Assembly (NCBI GenBank): GCA_051294375.1
Contig: JBJCIZ010000744.1
Coordinates: 1,292,262 to 1,356,261, forward strand
Length of the DNA: 64,000 bases
Reading direction: 5' to 3'
Source of the DNA: Paraspadella gotoi
Lineage: Eukaryota > Animalia > Chaetognatha
This document shows, piece after piece, positions 33,618 through 45,520 of this stretch. The notes under the pieces are model-generated. The model ran no database searches and was not told the DNA's origin. It saw nothing but the letters and a program-made list of their open reading frames with translations. Each line of letters begins with the position of its first letter. The stretch's first letter is position 1. A program made the position numbers and the translations under genes.

Positions 33618-34121
33618 GCGCCTACCATTTCTCGCGGCCGGCAGACCAGATTGCCTCGATTCAAAACCGGCTTTCGGCGAATCCGGCGGCACGGCAGCGG
33701 TACGCTTCCATTCGTCCGGCATACGCAGATTTCGAGCGCGCGCGATCCGACTTCGGTTTCATCGAGTTATCCGGGTAAAGGGGAAGCCGGTCCGTCACAA
33801 CGACTCACCACGCGAGATTCATGAAAGTTCACAATTTGGAAGAAAAGGTCAGTTGGATTGATTGGTTGCTGTTGTGGTTCGTTGATTGATTGTTTTGATT
33901 GTTGGGTTGTGTTTGTTGGTTGTTTGTGGTTGGCTGGTTTCGTTTCGTTGGTTTTGTAGATTGTTGTTTAGATAGATGGGCAGAAGAGAGAGAGAGAGAG
34001 ACAGACGATATACGAAACTAAACGAACAAAAAACTGAAATTAAAATGTAATCAAAGAATCACGATTAAAATTTAAATGTTGGTTCATTGTCTATTAGACA
34101 ATGTCTAATGTTTACTCTCTC

Positions 34122-34173
<52 letters not shown>

Positions 34174-34598
34174 TCTCTCTCTGTCTCTCTTCATGACCAG
34201 AATCTCTCTCATCTTCAAGTTTCGCTCGGCGCGAATGGAGACTCCCGATTCCCAAGTTGATTCTCTCCATCACTGAGGAGCTAAAGATTTTCAATTCCCA
34301 ATATGTGAGTGGAGATGGGAGCGAGAGAGGTGGGAGAGAGGGAAAGAGAGAAGGGAGAGAGAGAAAGGGTGAGAGAAGAGAAAGGGTGGGAAAAAGGAGA
34401 GAGAGAGAGAAAGAGCGAGAGGGTGGGAGAAAGGGAGAGAGAGGGATCTTGGGCCCTTGTTTAGTTGAAAAATATATATTTAAAGACAGCAACTAAAAAA
34501 AGGTTATAACAAAGAAAAAGCAATCAGCCTCTTCCCTTCCCCTTCGCCCCCCCCATCTCTCCTCCCCTCTCCTCTCTCTCTCTCTGCATCTCTCTCCA

Positions 34599-34645
<47 letters not shown>

Positions 34646-35652
34646 GATCGAAAAGGCCTTTCAAAACTCGATCCACGATCTTGTGCAAAGATCTCCAGGC
34701 ATCATGCTCACCACCGGCGGAACCAACACCGGAGTCATGAAACTCGTCGGCAAAGCGATGAAAAACTTCGCCTTGACTCGCGTCGACGACGGAAACTTCC
34801 ACGACGCCTCAGCCGCCGCCGCCGCCGCCGCCGCAGAAGAAGAAGAAGCCGCCGCCGCCGCCCCGCCTTCCGTCTCCGCCCTCGTGCCCGCCACGGCCCG
34901 TGCCAACGCGGTCGTCGATATCGAGCCCGCCATGGCTAACGAAGACGACGCCTTTGCCAAGATCGCCTGCATCGGAATCGCTACTTGGGGCATCGTGGAG
35001 GGCAGAGACAAACTCGCCGGGGCCACTGGCTCCGTCGTTCCTTACGACGTCGATAAGGACGATAATAAAAAGACTTACCTCGATCCAAACCACACTCACT
35101 TTCTTCTCGTCGACGACGGCAGCGAGGGTAAGTTCGGACGAGAGATCGAGTTCCGATCTCGATTGGAAAAGTCACTCACCTTTTCCAAAAGCGCCCTCGC
35201 TCGAGCGCCGCTCGTCAACATCATCATCGAAGGCGGTCCCAACTCTCTCATGACCGTCCACGAGAGTCTGCTCATGAAGACGCCCTGCATCGTGCTCAAA
35301 GGAACGGGAAGAGCGGCCGACGTGCTCTCCGAGGCTCACGAGCTCTTCGACGTGTCGGTCGGAATGTCGGGCGGATCGGAGAGAGACTCCGCGTCGGCTT
35401 CTCCCTTCTTGACTCGCAAGTTGTCGGTCAACCGGGAGGAGACCGACGAAGCCGCTCGCGTGGCCGCCTTTCGCGAGAATCCGCGAGTTCGCGAGCAAAT
35501 AGAGAGGAGTTTGAGGCAGAGGCTCTTCCTTTCGCGAGCCGAGGATATTGAGAACAATTTGAAGTTGGTCATGGATTGTATGGATAATCACGAGTATTTG
35601 TATATATTTCAGGTGAGATATATAGAGGGAGGTGTTTATTTCTATTTTATAT

Positions 35653-35691
<39 letters not shown>

Positions 35692-36234
35692 TTATTCTGT
35701 TTGGGTTTTGGAATGGATCAGAATACATACTTTAATTGAGAGAAAAATCTGTTTTTGTTTTCAGACTGTTCGTTTTTTACTAATAATAATAACAATAATA
35801 ATAATAATAAATTCGTTGTCTGTAGACAAAAAGAAATTTGATTTTTATGATTTAGAATATATTTTTAGCCTTTGTAGCTTTGTGTATTGTTTGTTAATGA
35901 TGATTGTACTGAATCAACCATGTTCCATACGAATTAAAGCGTATATAGTATATATATATATATTCCTTTCAGTTTTATAATTTTCCTTTTTGAATTTTAA
36001 TCTCCCTATTAAGACGGGTTTAAAAGTTAAAAAAATAATCAAAAAAACTCAATGAACTCAACAACAACAATAATAATAACAACAACAACGACGACGACAA
36101 CGACGACCAATAAAGTAGATTTAAAAAAAAACAAAAGATCAAACGATTCGATCTCCGAAATCGAAAGACCCGCAGTTTCGGAACAATGTTGGGAATCCCG
36201 GCGGATATTAAAAAAAGGGAATTAATGATTAAAT

Positions 36235-36274
<40 letters not shown>

Positions 36275-36581
36275 CATAATCGAACATGATTAAAAGAGAC
36301 AAACAAAATGGTACAGATAAAGACTTCAACTCCTTAAATCAACATCCCCCCCACCCATTCAAAAAAAATCGCCTCAGGTGGTGAGCGGCCGCAACGACGA
36401 GGGTCTCCAAGCGAACGACCTCGCCCAGATGATCGTCGACGCGTTCCTGGATCGAGCGAGAAAAGAATCGAACGAAGATCGAGAGAAAGAATCGGAGAGA
36501 CTTTGGCAAAGCCTCGTTCTCGCTTTTCAATGGAATCATACGGAGGCCGCCAAGTCTATTTTGGAGGACGCAGTTGGGAAG
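33618..36581 (+). CDS. TRPM-family cation channel, N-terminal MHR1/2 (SLOG) and MHR3 exons
   Basis: Exons ~33618-33847 (SDFGFIELSG*...ARFMKV, in-frame TAA at 33776), ~34201-34304 (REWRLPIPKLILSIT, frame-disrupted), 34647-35612 (TGGTNTGVMKLVG, IACIGIATWGIV, LDPNHTHFLLVDDGSEGKFGREIEFRSRLEK, IEGGPNS, GTGRAADVL) and 36378-36581 (LVLAFQWNHTEAAKSIL). Confidence 0.9.
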
Positions 36582-36789
36582 GTTAGGGCGGGGGGGGTGT
36601 TGGGTTATAGGGTGAGGTTAGTCTGCAGTTAAGAAGGTTAGGGCGGAGAGGGTGTTGGGTTATCGGTTTGATTGGGCTACAGGACTTTTGGACGCGTTGA
36701 TATTTTTCCAGACGCTTTGTGTCTCTCTCTCTTTCTTTGTGTAAACTTGAGGAGGACTAACTTGTTACTATTTTCCCGACGCTCTCTGT

Positions 36790-37320
36790 CGCCGTCCGCC
36801 ACGAAGGTTATCATCAGGGCCGCCAGCGGCTGGACACAGCGACGCGGCCAGGAATCTTCCAGTTAGCTCGTGGAAGTCGCGATCCCGTGTACCACATCAT
36901 GCTGCGTGAGAAGACCGTTGCTGGCAGACCTTGCAGCTGATATGAAGTCATGCATTGGCCTTGAGGGCCAACTGGCAAGCACGGACAGGTCCGAACCCAG
37001 CACCGTGCGCGATTCTCCTGCCAGCAGGAAGAACTTGGCGCGCGTATGTATGCGAGGTCGCGCTGGCATTCGTTGAGGCAGGCGATTGCGATCTCCGTCG
37101 AAACTCGTCCTTGTGGACGTTGCATGGACGAGGGCTTCGTGTTCCACGGCTCCGGTTTCGACTTCTTCTTGGCCAAAGGACGTTGCAGGCGATGAGGCAC
37201 AGTCGCGATTCGGGTATTTTCTTTGAAACTCTTTTTTTTGGCCCCCCGGGGGGGGGGCTCCCAAGGAAGGAGGAACCGGCACTGTTTGAGGTCGCAGTCT
37301 CGAATCACTGGGCCCAATGA
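36790..37320 (-). other. Inverted, indel-rich copy of the TRPM MHR4 exon
   Basis: The reverse complement reads ...ACGCGCCAAGTTCTTCCTGCTGGCAGGAGAATCG...GTTGGCCCTCAAGGCCAATGCATGACTTCATATCAGCTGCAAGGTCTGCCAGCAACG..., matching 54337-54520 with many 1-nt indels. Confidence 0.85.
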
Positions 37321-39519
37321 AGAGTAGCCCTTGAAACGGGTTGGATTTTTGCGTCCATTTTTTTCAGGGGATTGGTATAAGCGGTGGGGTGGTTAAAGAG
37401 AATAACATTGCTGGAAGAATGATACATAATGGACTTTCATAGTCATTTAAATGTGATCATAGGGAAATATACGTGAACAAGAAGGACTCTCTCTCCTCTC
37501 TCTCGTCTCTCTCTCTCTCTCCTTCTCTTCTCTCTTCGTCGGTGATAATTTATTTGAAAAGCTTTTCTTGTCAGGGCCACTCGTTGTAAATACTGTATAT
37601 ACTTATTATAAAAAACAGTTAATTTCTTGTTTCTCCTGATTTCTCCAAGCATTATGCAAAACGCTCTCTCATCTCTCTGACTGTTCCAACTCTCCCCTCT
37701 GCTCTCTTTGTCCTCCGTCCATTAAGTCTCAATGCCTTGCTTCCTCCTCTTTTTTCTTTTGTGCTCTCTAATCTTTATCTATCTCTATCTTTTTATTTTT
37801 TCTCTCTCTCTCTTCTCTCTCTAGTCTCTTACTCTCATACTTCTTGGATATATTTGAAAAGCTTTTTCTTAGTCATCCAATCCTTTGGAAAATACTGTAT
37901 ATACTAACTTCATAAAATTCGTTTCTTGTTTCTCTGATTCTCGATGCCACAACGTCTCTCTCTCTCTCTCTCCTCTACTCTCTGCCTCTTCTCTCTCTCT
38001 GTCTTCTGGATTAATATTGAAAGCTTTTCTTGTCACCACTCTTGGAATACTGTTTATACTTAATCATAATAAATTCGGTTTTAAAGTAAAATTTTTCTTC
38101 TTCTTGAAAATAGATAAGCTTCGCCTTACGATCAATTTGTTCAGTTTCTTTAAAATTACCCACCTCGTAGTGATTTCTCTAAAAGAAATCCTCCTACGTC
38201 AGTACTGTTCTTTAATAAAATCGCGTTCGCATTCATTCTTATTTCATTTATTCTACAAAAATCAGGACCACTGATGTGGTCCCCCGCACACAACAAACGA
38301 AAAGTGATGATTTAATGAGTCAACCTGTAATATTTCTTGGTTTCCCAAAAGTGGCCGATAGCATCCGACACTGAGTCTTCTTCATGAGTATCTGATCTCA
38401 TGCGCGGGAAGGGAAGATCGAAGAGATACTGTGTAGAGGGGAGATGGGGAATTAATATTAATATGTAATACTGCGGGGATTAGGAATTTAATATTATATT
38501 ATTTAATACTGCGTAGTCTTGGAATATTAAATTATTAAGTATTTTGGGCATTTTTGTATTGAATTGCAAAGGCTGAAACGCGAAGTTAGTGACCGAAATC
38601 GCTTCTTAAGATCTTTGGGCGCAAAGGGGTCTGACACCTTATCTCCCTCTGGCTCCACTGTTAACTTTTTCTAATTTAAGTTAATTTGGGTAACAAACAT
38701 TTAGAACAAGTTTGAAATGAACCTTCACAACGTGTTATTTGTAACAATAATAACGGACGATGTTTCGCGCTCTTGTTCGAAGCCCTTTTATATCAACTTG
38801 AACAAGAGCCGAAACATGTCGTATATTATGTTTCAAATAAATCGTTGTTGAATCATTTCAAACTTTTCTCTAAAACTCAACCACAACGAAACGAAGGATT
38901 TATTAATGGGGTAAAAAATTGAAAAAAAAAAGTATCTTTCTGAAAATTTCTTGTTTCTTTTTAAGTTTTTTTAAAAAACTTTGTTTTGTCATTTTTGAAA
39001 CATTTTTTCTTTATTTGAGATTGTTGTTGTTTACCAGGGCTTAGGTGGGATAAAAATATGGGGTGAATGAGTTTTAATAGCTTTTTACAATATAGTATCA
39101 ATAGTTTAATAGTATAATAGTTTAATATGGGCGATGGTTTTAAGGGGTGAGGCATACGAGGGTACCAACAGGTTGTGGTAATGGAGGTAGAGGCCAGAGA
39201 GTGAAGTTGCAGGGATATGCATCATTCCTTGGGTAAGAAAGGTTTAAGGCAAAACAAGTATTGGGGTAACCAATGGGCAATAATGTTTAAAAAATAGTTT
39301 GTTTTGTTATTTTTAATACAAGTTGTTAATTCAATTTTTTGCCCATATTTAAACATCTCACCCAACGACTTAACCCAACTCAAACTTTCTTCGGACTGAT
39401 ACTGCACTCGGATAAAAAAAATCCTTGAAAAAAAAAGCCCTTTAATATCCGTTCAATCTTCAGATTAATAATTTAAGCACCTGATTTTTCAACCGACGAA
39501 ATTGATAAACGCATCCTTT

Positions 39520-39850
39520 ACCGACCCTGATCCTTAAACGCGACCTGATGCCCTTAACCGACGCTGATCCTTTACGACCTGATCCTTAACCGACCTGATT
39601 TCAACTGAACCAAAATTGATAGACAAAAAGAAAGTTATCCGACCCAATTGTTAACGACCTGATCCTTACCGACCTGATCCTTAACCACCTGATTCCACTT
39701 AACCGATCTGATCCCTTAACGAACCTTGATCCTTAACCGACGCTGATTCACTTCCCCGATCGCTGATCCTTACCGACCAGATGTCATTTAAGCCGACCTG
39801 ATCCCTTTAACCGGACCTGATCCTTAAACCGACCTGATTACATCTGATCC
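39520..39850. repeat. ~16-bp minisatellite (TTAACCGACCTGATCC)n, mirrored at 40975-41275
   Basis: About 20 noisy units. Confidence 0.9.
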
Positions 39851-40299
39851 CTCGATGCTTATTGCACTCGTACGAGCAATCCCATGAAGAGCTGCGATGG
39901 AAGGAGTTCTGCTTCGCGCGGAGGGCGGTCGGACGAAGAGATCCACGCGTTTGTCCTCTTCGAATTTGATGCCCTTTTGTTAAAAGATGGAGGGGAGATC
40001 GACGAGAGAGAGAGAGACGAGGGAGACCAGTGAGAGGAGAGAGTTATCGATGGATCTTGGAAAATATAAACACGTCTGCCATCTACAGACTTGCATGCCG
40101 CTTTGTTTAAAGAGTGAGGAGTTGAGAAGGACGAGAGAGAGAGCGTCTGGAAAATATCAACACGTCTGCCCCTCTACAAAGCTTGATGCCCTTTTGTTTA
40201 AGATGGGAGAGAGAGAGAGAGATCGAGGGTCTGGAAAATATCAGGCACGTCTGCTCTTACAAATCTTGATGCCCTTTTGTTTAAAGATGAGCGGAGGAC

Positions 40300-40337
<38 letters not shown>

Positions 40338-40611
40338 TGGCGTCTGGACAATATCAACAGGTTCTGCCCTGCTACAAACTTGATGCGCCCTTTTTGTGTC
40401 TCAAAGAGAGTGAGGACAGTAGAAGAGACGGCGAGTGACCAGAGAGAGAGGAAAAGGATTAGACGAGAGAGAGATGAGTGAGAGAGAGACGAGAGATGAT
40501 GATCTGAGAGAGAGAGAACACCGTCCGAAGAAGAAGAGGACCGAGTATAGAGACCAAGACACACACAGGTAGATTAAAACAAGCTGNNNNNNNNNNNNNN
40601 NNNNNNNNNNN

Positions 40612-40646
<35 letters not shown>

Positions 40647-41862
40647 ATCTTTAAACAAAAGGGCATCAAGTTTGTAGAGGGCAGACGTGTTGATATTTTC
40701 CAGACCCTCTCTCTCTCTCTCTCCTCATCTTTACAAAAGGCATCAAGTCTGTAGAGGCAGACGTGTTTATATTTTCTCCAGATTCCACGCTAACTCTCTC
40801 TCTTCTCTCTCTCTCTCTCTCTCTCTCTCCTCATCTTTAAAAAAGGGAATCAATTCGAAGAGGACAAACGCGTGGATCCTTCGTCGGACGCCTCGCTTGC
40901 TCCCCGCGAAGAGAGAATTCCCTTCCTCGAGCCATCTCTTTCTGATTGCTTCGCTCGTCGACGTCAAAAGCATCGAGGATCAGATGTATCAGGATCGGTT
41001 AAGGATCAGGTCGGTTGATATGTCGGTTAAGGATCTGGTCGGTAAGGATCCAGGTCGGGGAAGGATCAGTCGGTTAAGGATCTCGGTAAGGTAGATCCGG
41101 TTAAGGATCAGGTCGGTTGGATCAGTCGGAAGGACAGGTCGTGTTAATTGGTCGGATTAACTTTCTTTTTGTCTATCATTTTGGTCAGTTGAACATCAGG
41201 TCGGTAAGGATCTAGGTCAGTAAGGGATCAGGTCGGTTGAAGGATCAAGAGGTCGGTTAAGGATCAGGTCGGTAAAGGAATGGCGTTTATCAATTTCGTC
41301 GGTTGAAAATCAGGTCGCTTAATTATTAATCTGAAGATTGAACGGGATTTTAAAGGGCTTTTTTTTTCAGGATTTTTTTTACATCACAAATTTGAGTTTT
41401 AAGTTTAATGTTTAAATATGGGCAAAAAATTGAAATTACACTTGTATTAAATAACAAAACAAACTATTTTTTAAACATTATTGCCCATTGGTTACCCTCA
41501 TACTTTTTTGGCCTTAAACCTCTTACCCAAAATGATCATATCTCTTCTGCAATTCACTCTCTGGCCTCTCCCTCCCATTACCACAACCTTTGTACCCTCG
41601 TATGCCTCACCCTTAAACCACTCGCCCCATATTAAACTATTATACTATTATACTATTAAACTGTTATACTATTAAAATATTAAACCACTCACCCCATATT
41701 TTATCCCACTAACCCTGGTAAACAACACAAACCAAAGAAAAATGTTCAAAAATGACAAAACAAAAGTTTTTTAAAAAAACTTTAAAAGAAACAAAATTTT
41801 CAAGATATTTTTTTTTTCAATTTTTTACCCATTATAATCCTTTTGTTTCGTTGTGGTTGAGA

Positions 41863-42032
41863 TTTAGAGAAAAGTTTGAAATGAATTCAACAACGATTTA
41901 TTTGAAACAATAATAACGGACATGTTTCGGCTCTTGTTCAAGTTGATAAAGGCTTGAACAAGAGCCGAAACATGTCCGTTATTATTGTTACAAATAAAAC
42001 GTTGTTGAATTCATTTCAAACTTTTCTCTAAA
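41863..42032. mobile_element. 170-bp palindrome of two head-to-head Penelope-type pLTR ends (mirror copy at ~38700-38872)
   Basis: 80-bp arms ...CAACAACGATTTATTTGAAACAATAATAACGGACATGTTTCGGCTCTTGTTCAAG / loop TTGATAAAGG / CTTGAACAAGAGCCGAAACATGTCCGTT.... Shares TTCAACAACGATTTATTTG and AACGGACATGTTTCGGCT with 12934-12976. Confidence 0.7.
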
Positions 42033-42295
42033 TTTTTTACCCAAATTAAACTTAAATTAGAAAATAAGTTAACAGTGAGCCAGAGGAGATAAGGTGTCAG
42101 TATCCCTTTGCGCCCAAAGATTTAAGAAGATTTCGGTCACTAACTTCGCGTTTTAGCCTTTGGCAATTCATACCAAAAATGCCAAAATATTAATATTAAT
42201 ATTAATTCCCAAACTACGCAGTATTAATATTAATATTAATTCCTAATCTCCGCAGTATTAATATTAATATTAATTCCCCATCTCCCTCTACACAG

Positions 42296-42391
42296 TATCT
42301 CTTCGATCTTCCTTCCCCGGATGAGATCAGTCTCAATGAGAGACTCAGTTCGGTCATCGGCCACTTTTGGGGAACCAAGAAATATTACAAG
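42296..42391 (+). CDS. Probable TRPM MHR3 exon
   Basis: CACAG|YLFDLPSPDEISLNERLSSVIGHFWGTKKYYK|GTGATC, phase 0/0. Resembles the TRPM ISLH.V..VI..L.G segment; inverted copy at ~38325-38430. Confidence 0.55.
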
Positions 42392-44414
42392 GTGATCATT
42401 AATACATTTGTTTTTTGGGGGGCAACATGGTGGTCCTTTTTTAAAAGAAATAATATGAAAGGATTTTTATAAAAGAAATACTACGAGGGGATTTTCTTTA
42501 GTATGCTGGATGGGGCTTCAGGGTTATGGAAGATTTGTGTTCTTGATAATAGACTTTTTATGGACAACTCTGAAAACGGGTTTTAAAATTTAACATTTTT
42601 GCTTAAGTTACTAGTATATATATGGGCCTACTGCGTAATATTGTAAAATTTATTATAAATTTTTTTCGTATCATAAAGCTATACTATATATTTGGTTCGT
42701 TCTCTTACTTTTAAAATTTTTAACTTAAAGTAAACTTAGGATTCTTTTACTACGCCCCTTACTAATCATATGATTAATTTATGAATAAATCTGGTAAAAT
42801 TTTTATTATTTATTTAATTTAATTCTCTAATTTATCATCTGAAAAATGGTTTTCCTTTTTAGGTGTTTTCTCAATGACCACGACAAGAAGCAAGACGACG
42901 GGGGGCATACGCGACAATATTACCAAAACGATTGACTTGCTTATTGAGTGATTGATTTAAGTGATTGAGTAGGATATGACGAAGTCAGTTGGAGAGACTT
43001 TTGAATCTTCACCGATCACAATAAAAGAATATTCTTTATTTCACTCTCTTTTTACTTGAATCTACAAATGTAAATAATACAATAAAGTCAGAGGTGAAAA
43101 CTTTAAAGTAAACAATACTTAAAACGAGAACATATTTCCCTCAATGTCCGACATATGAAACAATATTCTCAAACGGCCACGTCTTAAGTCAGACTCTGGC
43201 AGTTGCCAGATCCCATCGCACGTTGTGGTGAGAATCAGAGAGCTTGCCAACAACTGGTGAGACCGCGATGAACTCTATCGGCCTTCAACAAGGGGAGAAC
43301 AAGTGAAATAACAACCTTCTCATGAGGTAAGATTGGGTGAGGTAATTGGAATAAGCTGAGACCCATTCGCCACGGTATTCCTCTTTCACCTTTCAATATC
43401 TCCCCCGGCAAAACTCGACGGAGAACAACGAACAGCTTGGATGAGCGGGTCAGATATTCGCTCTAGACCCGCTCAGCAAGGCGACCGTGGCTACGAGTGC
43501 CGACGACGCCGCGAGTTTCTGGGTGGATTCGGACAGGGGTCAACTCTTCTACACCGTTCCACTCTCCTGTTATGCCGACGCCACGACCTCATTCGATTAT
43601 CCGGCGACCAATCAAACAATACCAACCTCCGAACTTCGAGGACGCCGCCAATGGCAAATGGCCGGCGCCACCGACAGGGACTTACACAGGACGAGACGCT
43701 GAACTCCGCGCCCGCTCTCGCGCCACGTGCTCTCGAGCGGCGTCCGAATAGAAAGCCGGAACCTACCCCGACTTCGACAAGACAATTCGAGATCTGGATT
43801 AGAGGTGGAAGCCGCCTACAACGCGCGCTGGCGTCACCGCTCCTAAAAACAAATTTGCACATCGTGAAAGCCAATCGACGTTGATCCCAACATCAATCAA
43901 TTTCTGTTCGGCGTACGCGACCGCAGGAGCGGAGAGAGGCGAGTACGAGGAGGAACCGAGAGAGAAGTTAGAGAGAGAAATGAGAGCCACAGGAGGACGA
44001 GCGACTTACGCAGCAGAAGAAAAATTAGTGGTCTTAGCGCCGAAAGTACTTTCTTTTCCACCGGCGCACTATATCAGTGCATAGAATCCTACATTACTCT
44101 GGACAACAACCGCTCAGACATCGACGGCGCCAAACATTCAAAAATCTCGACTCAATTATCAAAAAAAACGAAAACTCTTACATCATGACATACAACGACA
44201 AGAGTTATTCTTCTGATAAAAATACATCATAATACACTAACATATGATGCACCCCACACACACATGTTATTCCGATCCAATATTATAATAACCACAGGCA
44301 AAACACACTCACCCTACTGCTTCTGATTACATCAGCCTATCCACTCTTAAATTCGAGAAAAGACCAAAAGCCAGTAACCAGGCATCGGCGCGTTCAGAGC
44401 GACGCCGGCACTGC

Positions 44415-44850
44415 GCTCTTCACTGTTGGGCCGTGATTCTCGGAGACGACCAAAATTCAAACTGAGCGGCACGGAGATGTACAATCCTGCGCCACAAGTC
44501 GGAAATACCGCGATCGCGCTGCCTCATCGCCTGCAACGTCTTGGCCAGAGAAGTCGAAACGAGCCGTGGAACACGAAGCCCTCGTCCATCAACTCCACAA
44601 GGACGAGTTCGAGGAGATCGCAAATCGCCTCCTCAACGAATGCCACGCGACCTGGCACNNNNNNNNNNNNNNNNNNNNNNNNNAAAAATTACTACGAGGT
44701 GGTCATTTTAAAGAAAATGACCAATTGATTGTGGGGCGAAAGCTTATCCTTTTCAGAAGAAGAAAATTTACTTTAAAAACGATTTATGATTAAGTATATA
44801 CAGTTATTTCAGAGTTGGTGACAAGAAAAGCTTTTCAAAATAATTATCCG

Positions 44851-44881
<31 letters not shown>

Positions 44882-45520
44882 AGAGTCGGAAACTCGACTC
44901 AAAGCTCGCAACCGTCACTCACCAAACCAAAACTTGTGCACCTTTCGTCTAAGATGAGAGTGTGGGACGACGAGGAGAAGAGAGATAGAGAGAGTAGAGA
45001 GAGAGGAGACGAGAGAAGAGAGAGAGGAGAGAGGGACGGGAATAAGAGCAAAAAAGATCGTGTTTATGCGCCGAAGTGACTTTTTCATCGTGTAATTTCC
45101 ACTAATTGATCACATTACTACACATTACATGACACTAAGAAATTCATTATTATCATTCAACCACATATGTTATTCTCTTTACCAACCCCCCCCTCCCGCT
45201 TATACCAATCCCTTAAAAAAGGACCAAAATCCAACCCGTTCAACTACCTCTTCATTGGGCCGTGAATTCGAGACGACCTCAAACTGGCCCGGTTCCTCCT
45301 GCGCAAAGTCAAATACCCGATCGCGCTTGCCTCATCGCCTGCAACGTCTTGGCCAAGAAGAGTCGAAACGAGCCGTGGAACCACGAAGCCCTCGTCCATC
45401 AACTCCACAGGACGAGTTCGAGGAGATCGCCAATCGCCCCTCAACGAATGCCACGCGACCTGCACATCCGCGCCAAGTTCCTCCTGCTGCAGGAGATCGC
45501 CACGCTGTCCGAGCCTTTCC
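44415..45520 (+). other. Two more partial, indel-rich copies of the TRPM MHR4 exon (44415-44658 and 45245-45520), separated by a 25-N gap at 44659-44683
   Basis: Both contain GCCTCATCGCCTGCAACGTCTTGGCC..GAGCCGTGGAAC..GAAGCCCTCGTCCATCAACTCCAC..GGACGAGTTCGAGGAGATCGC, each with different frameshifts. Confidence 0.85.

Larger units (their letters stand above)
38170..42500. repeat. ~2-kb-armed inverted duplication centred on the 25-N gap at 40587-40611
   Basis: 38270-38530 mirrors 42240-42440; 38700-38872 mirrors 41863-42032; 39000-39360 mirrors 41400-41760; the 16-bp array 39520-39850 mirrors 40975-41275. The arms differ by scattered indels. Confidence 0.9.

Noticed and set aside
43441-44084. 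Cluster of overlapping ORFs as a capsid or TE protein
   Set aside because: Frame-broken, no diagnostic motif, inside the low-quality block; more likely a noisy TRPM exon or read.
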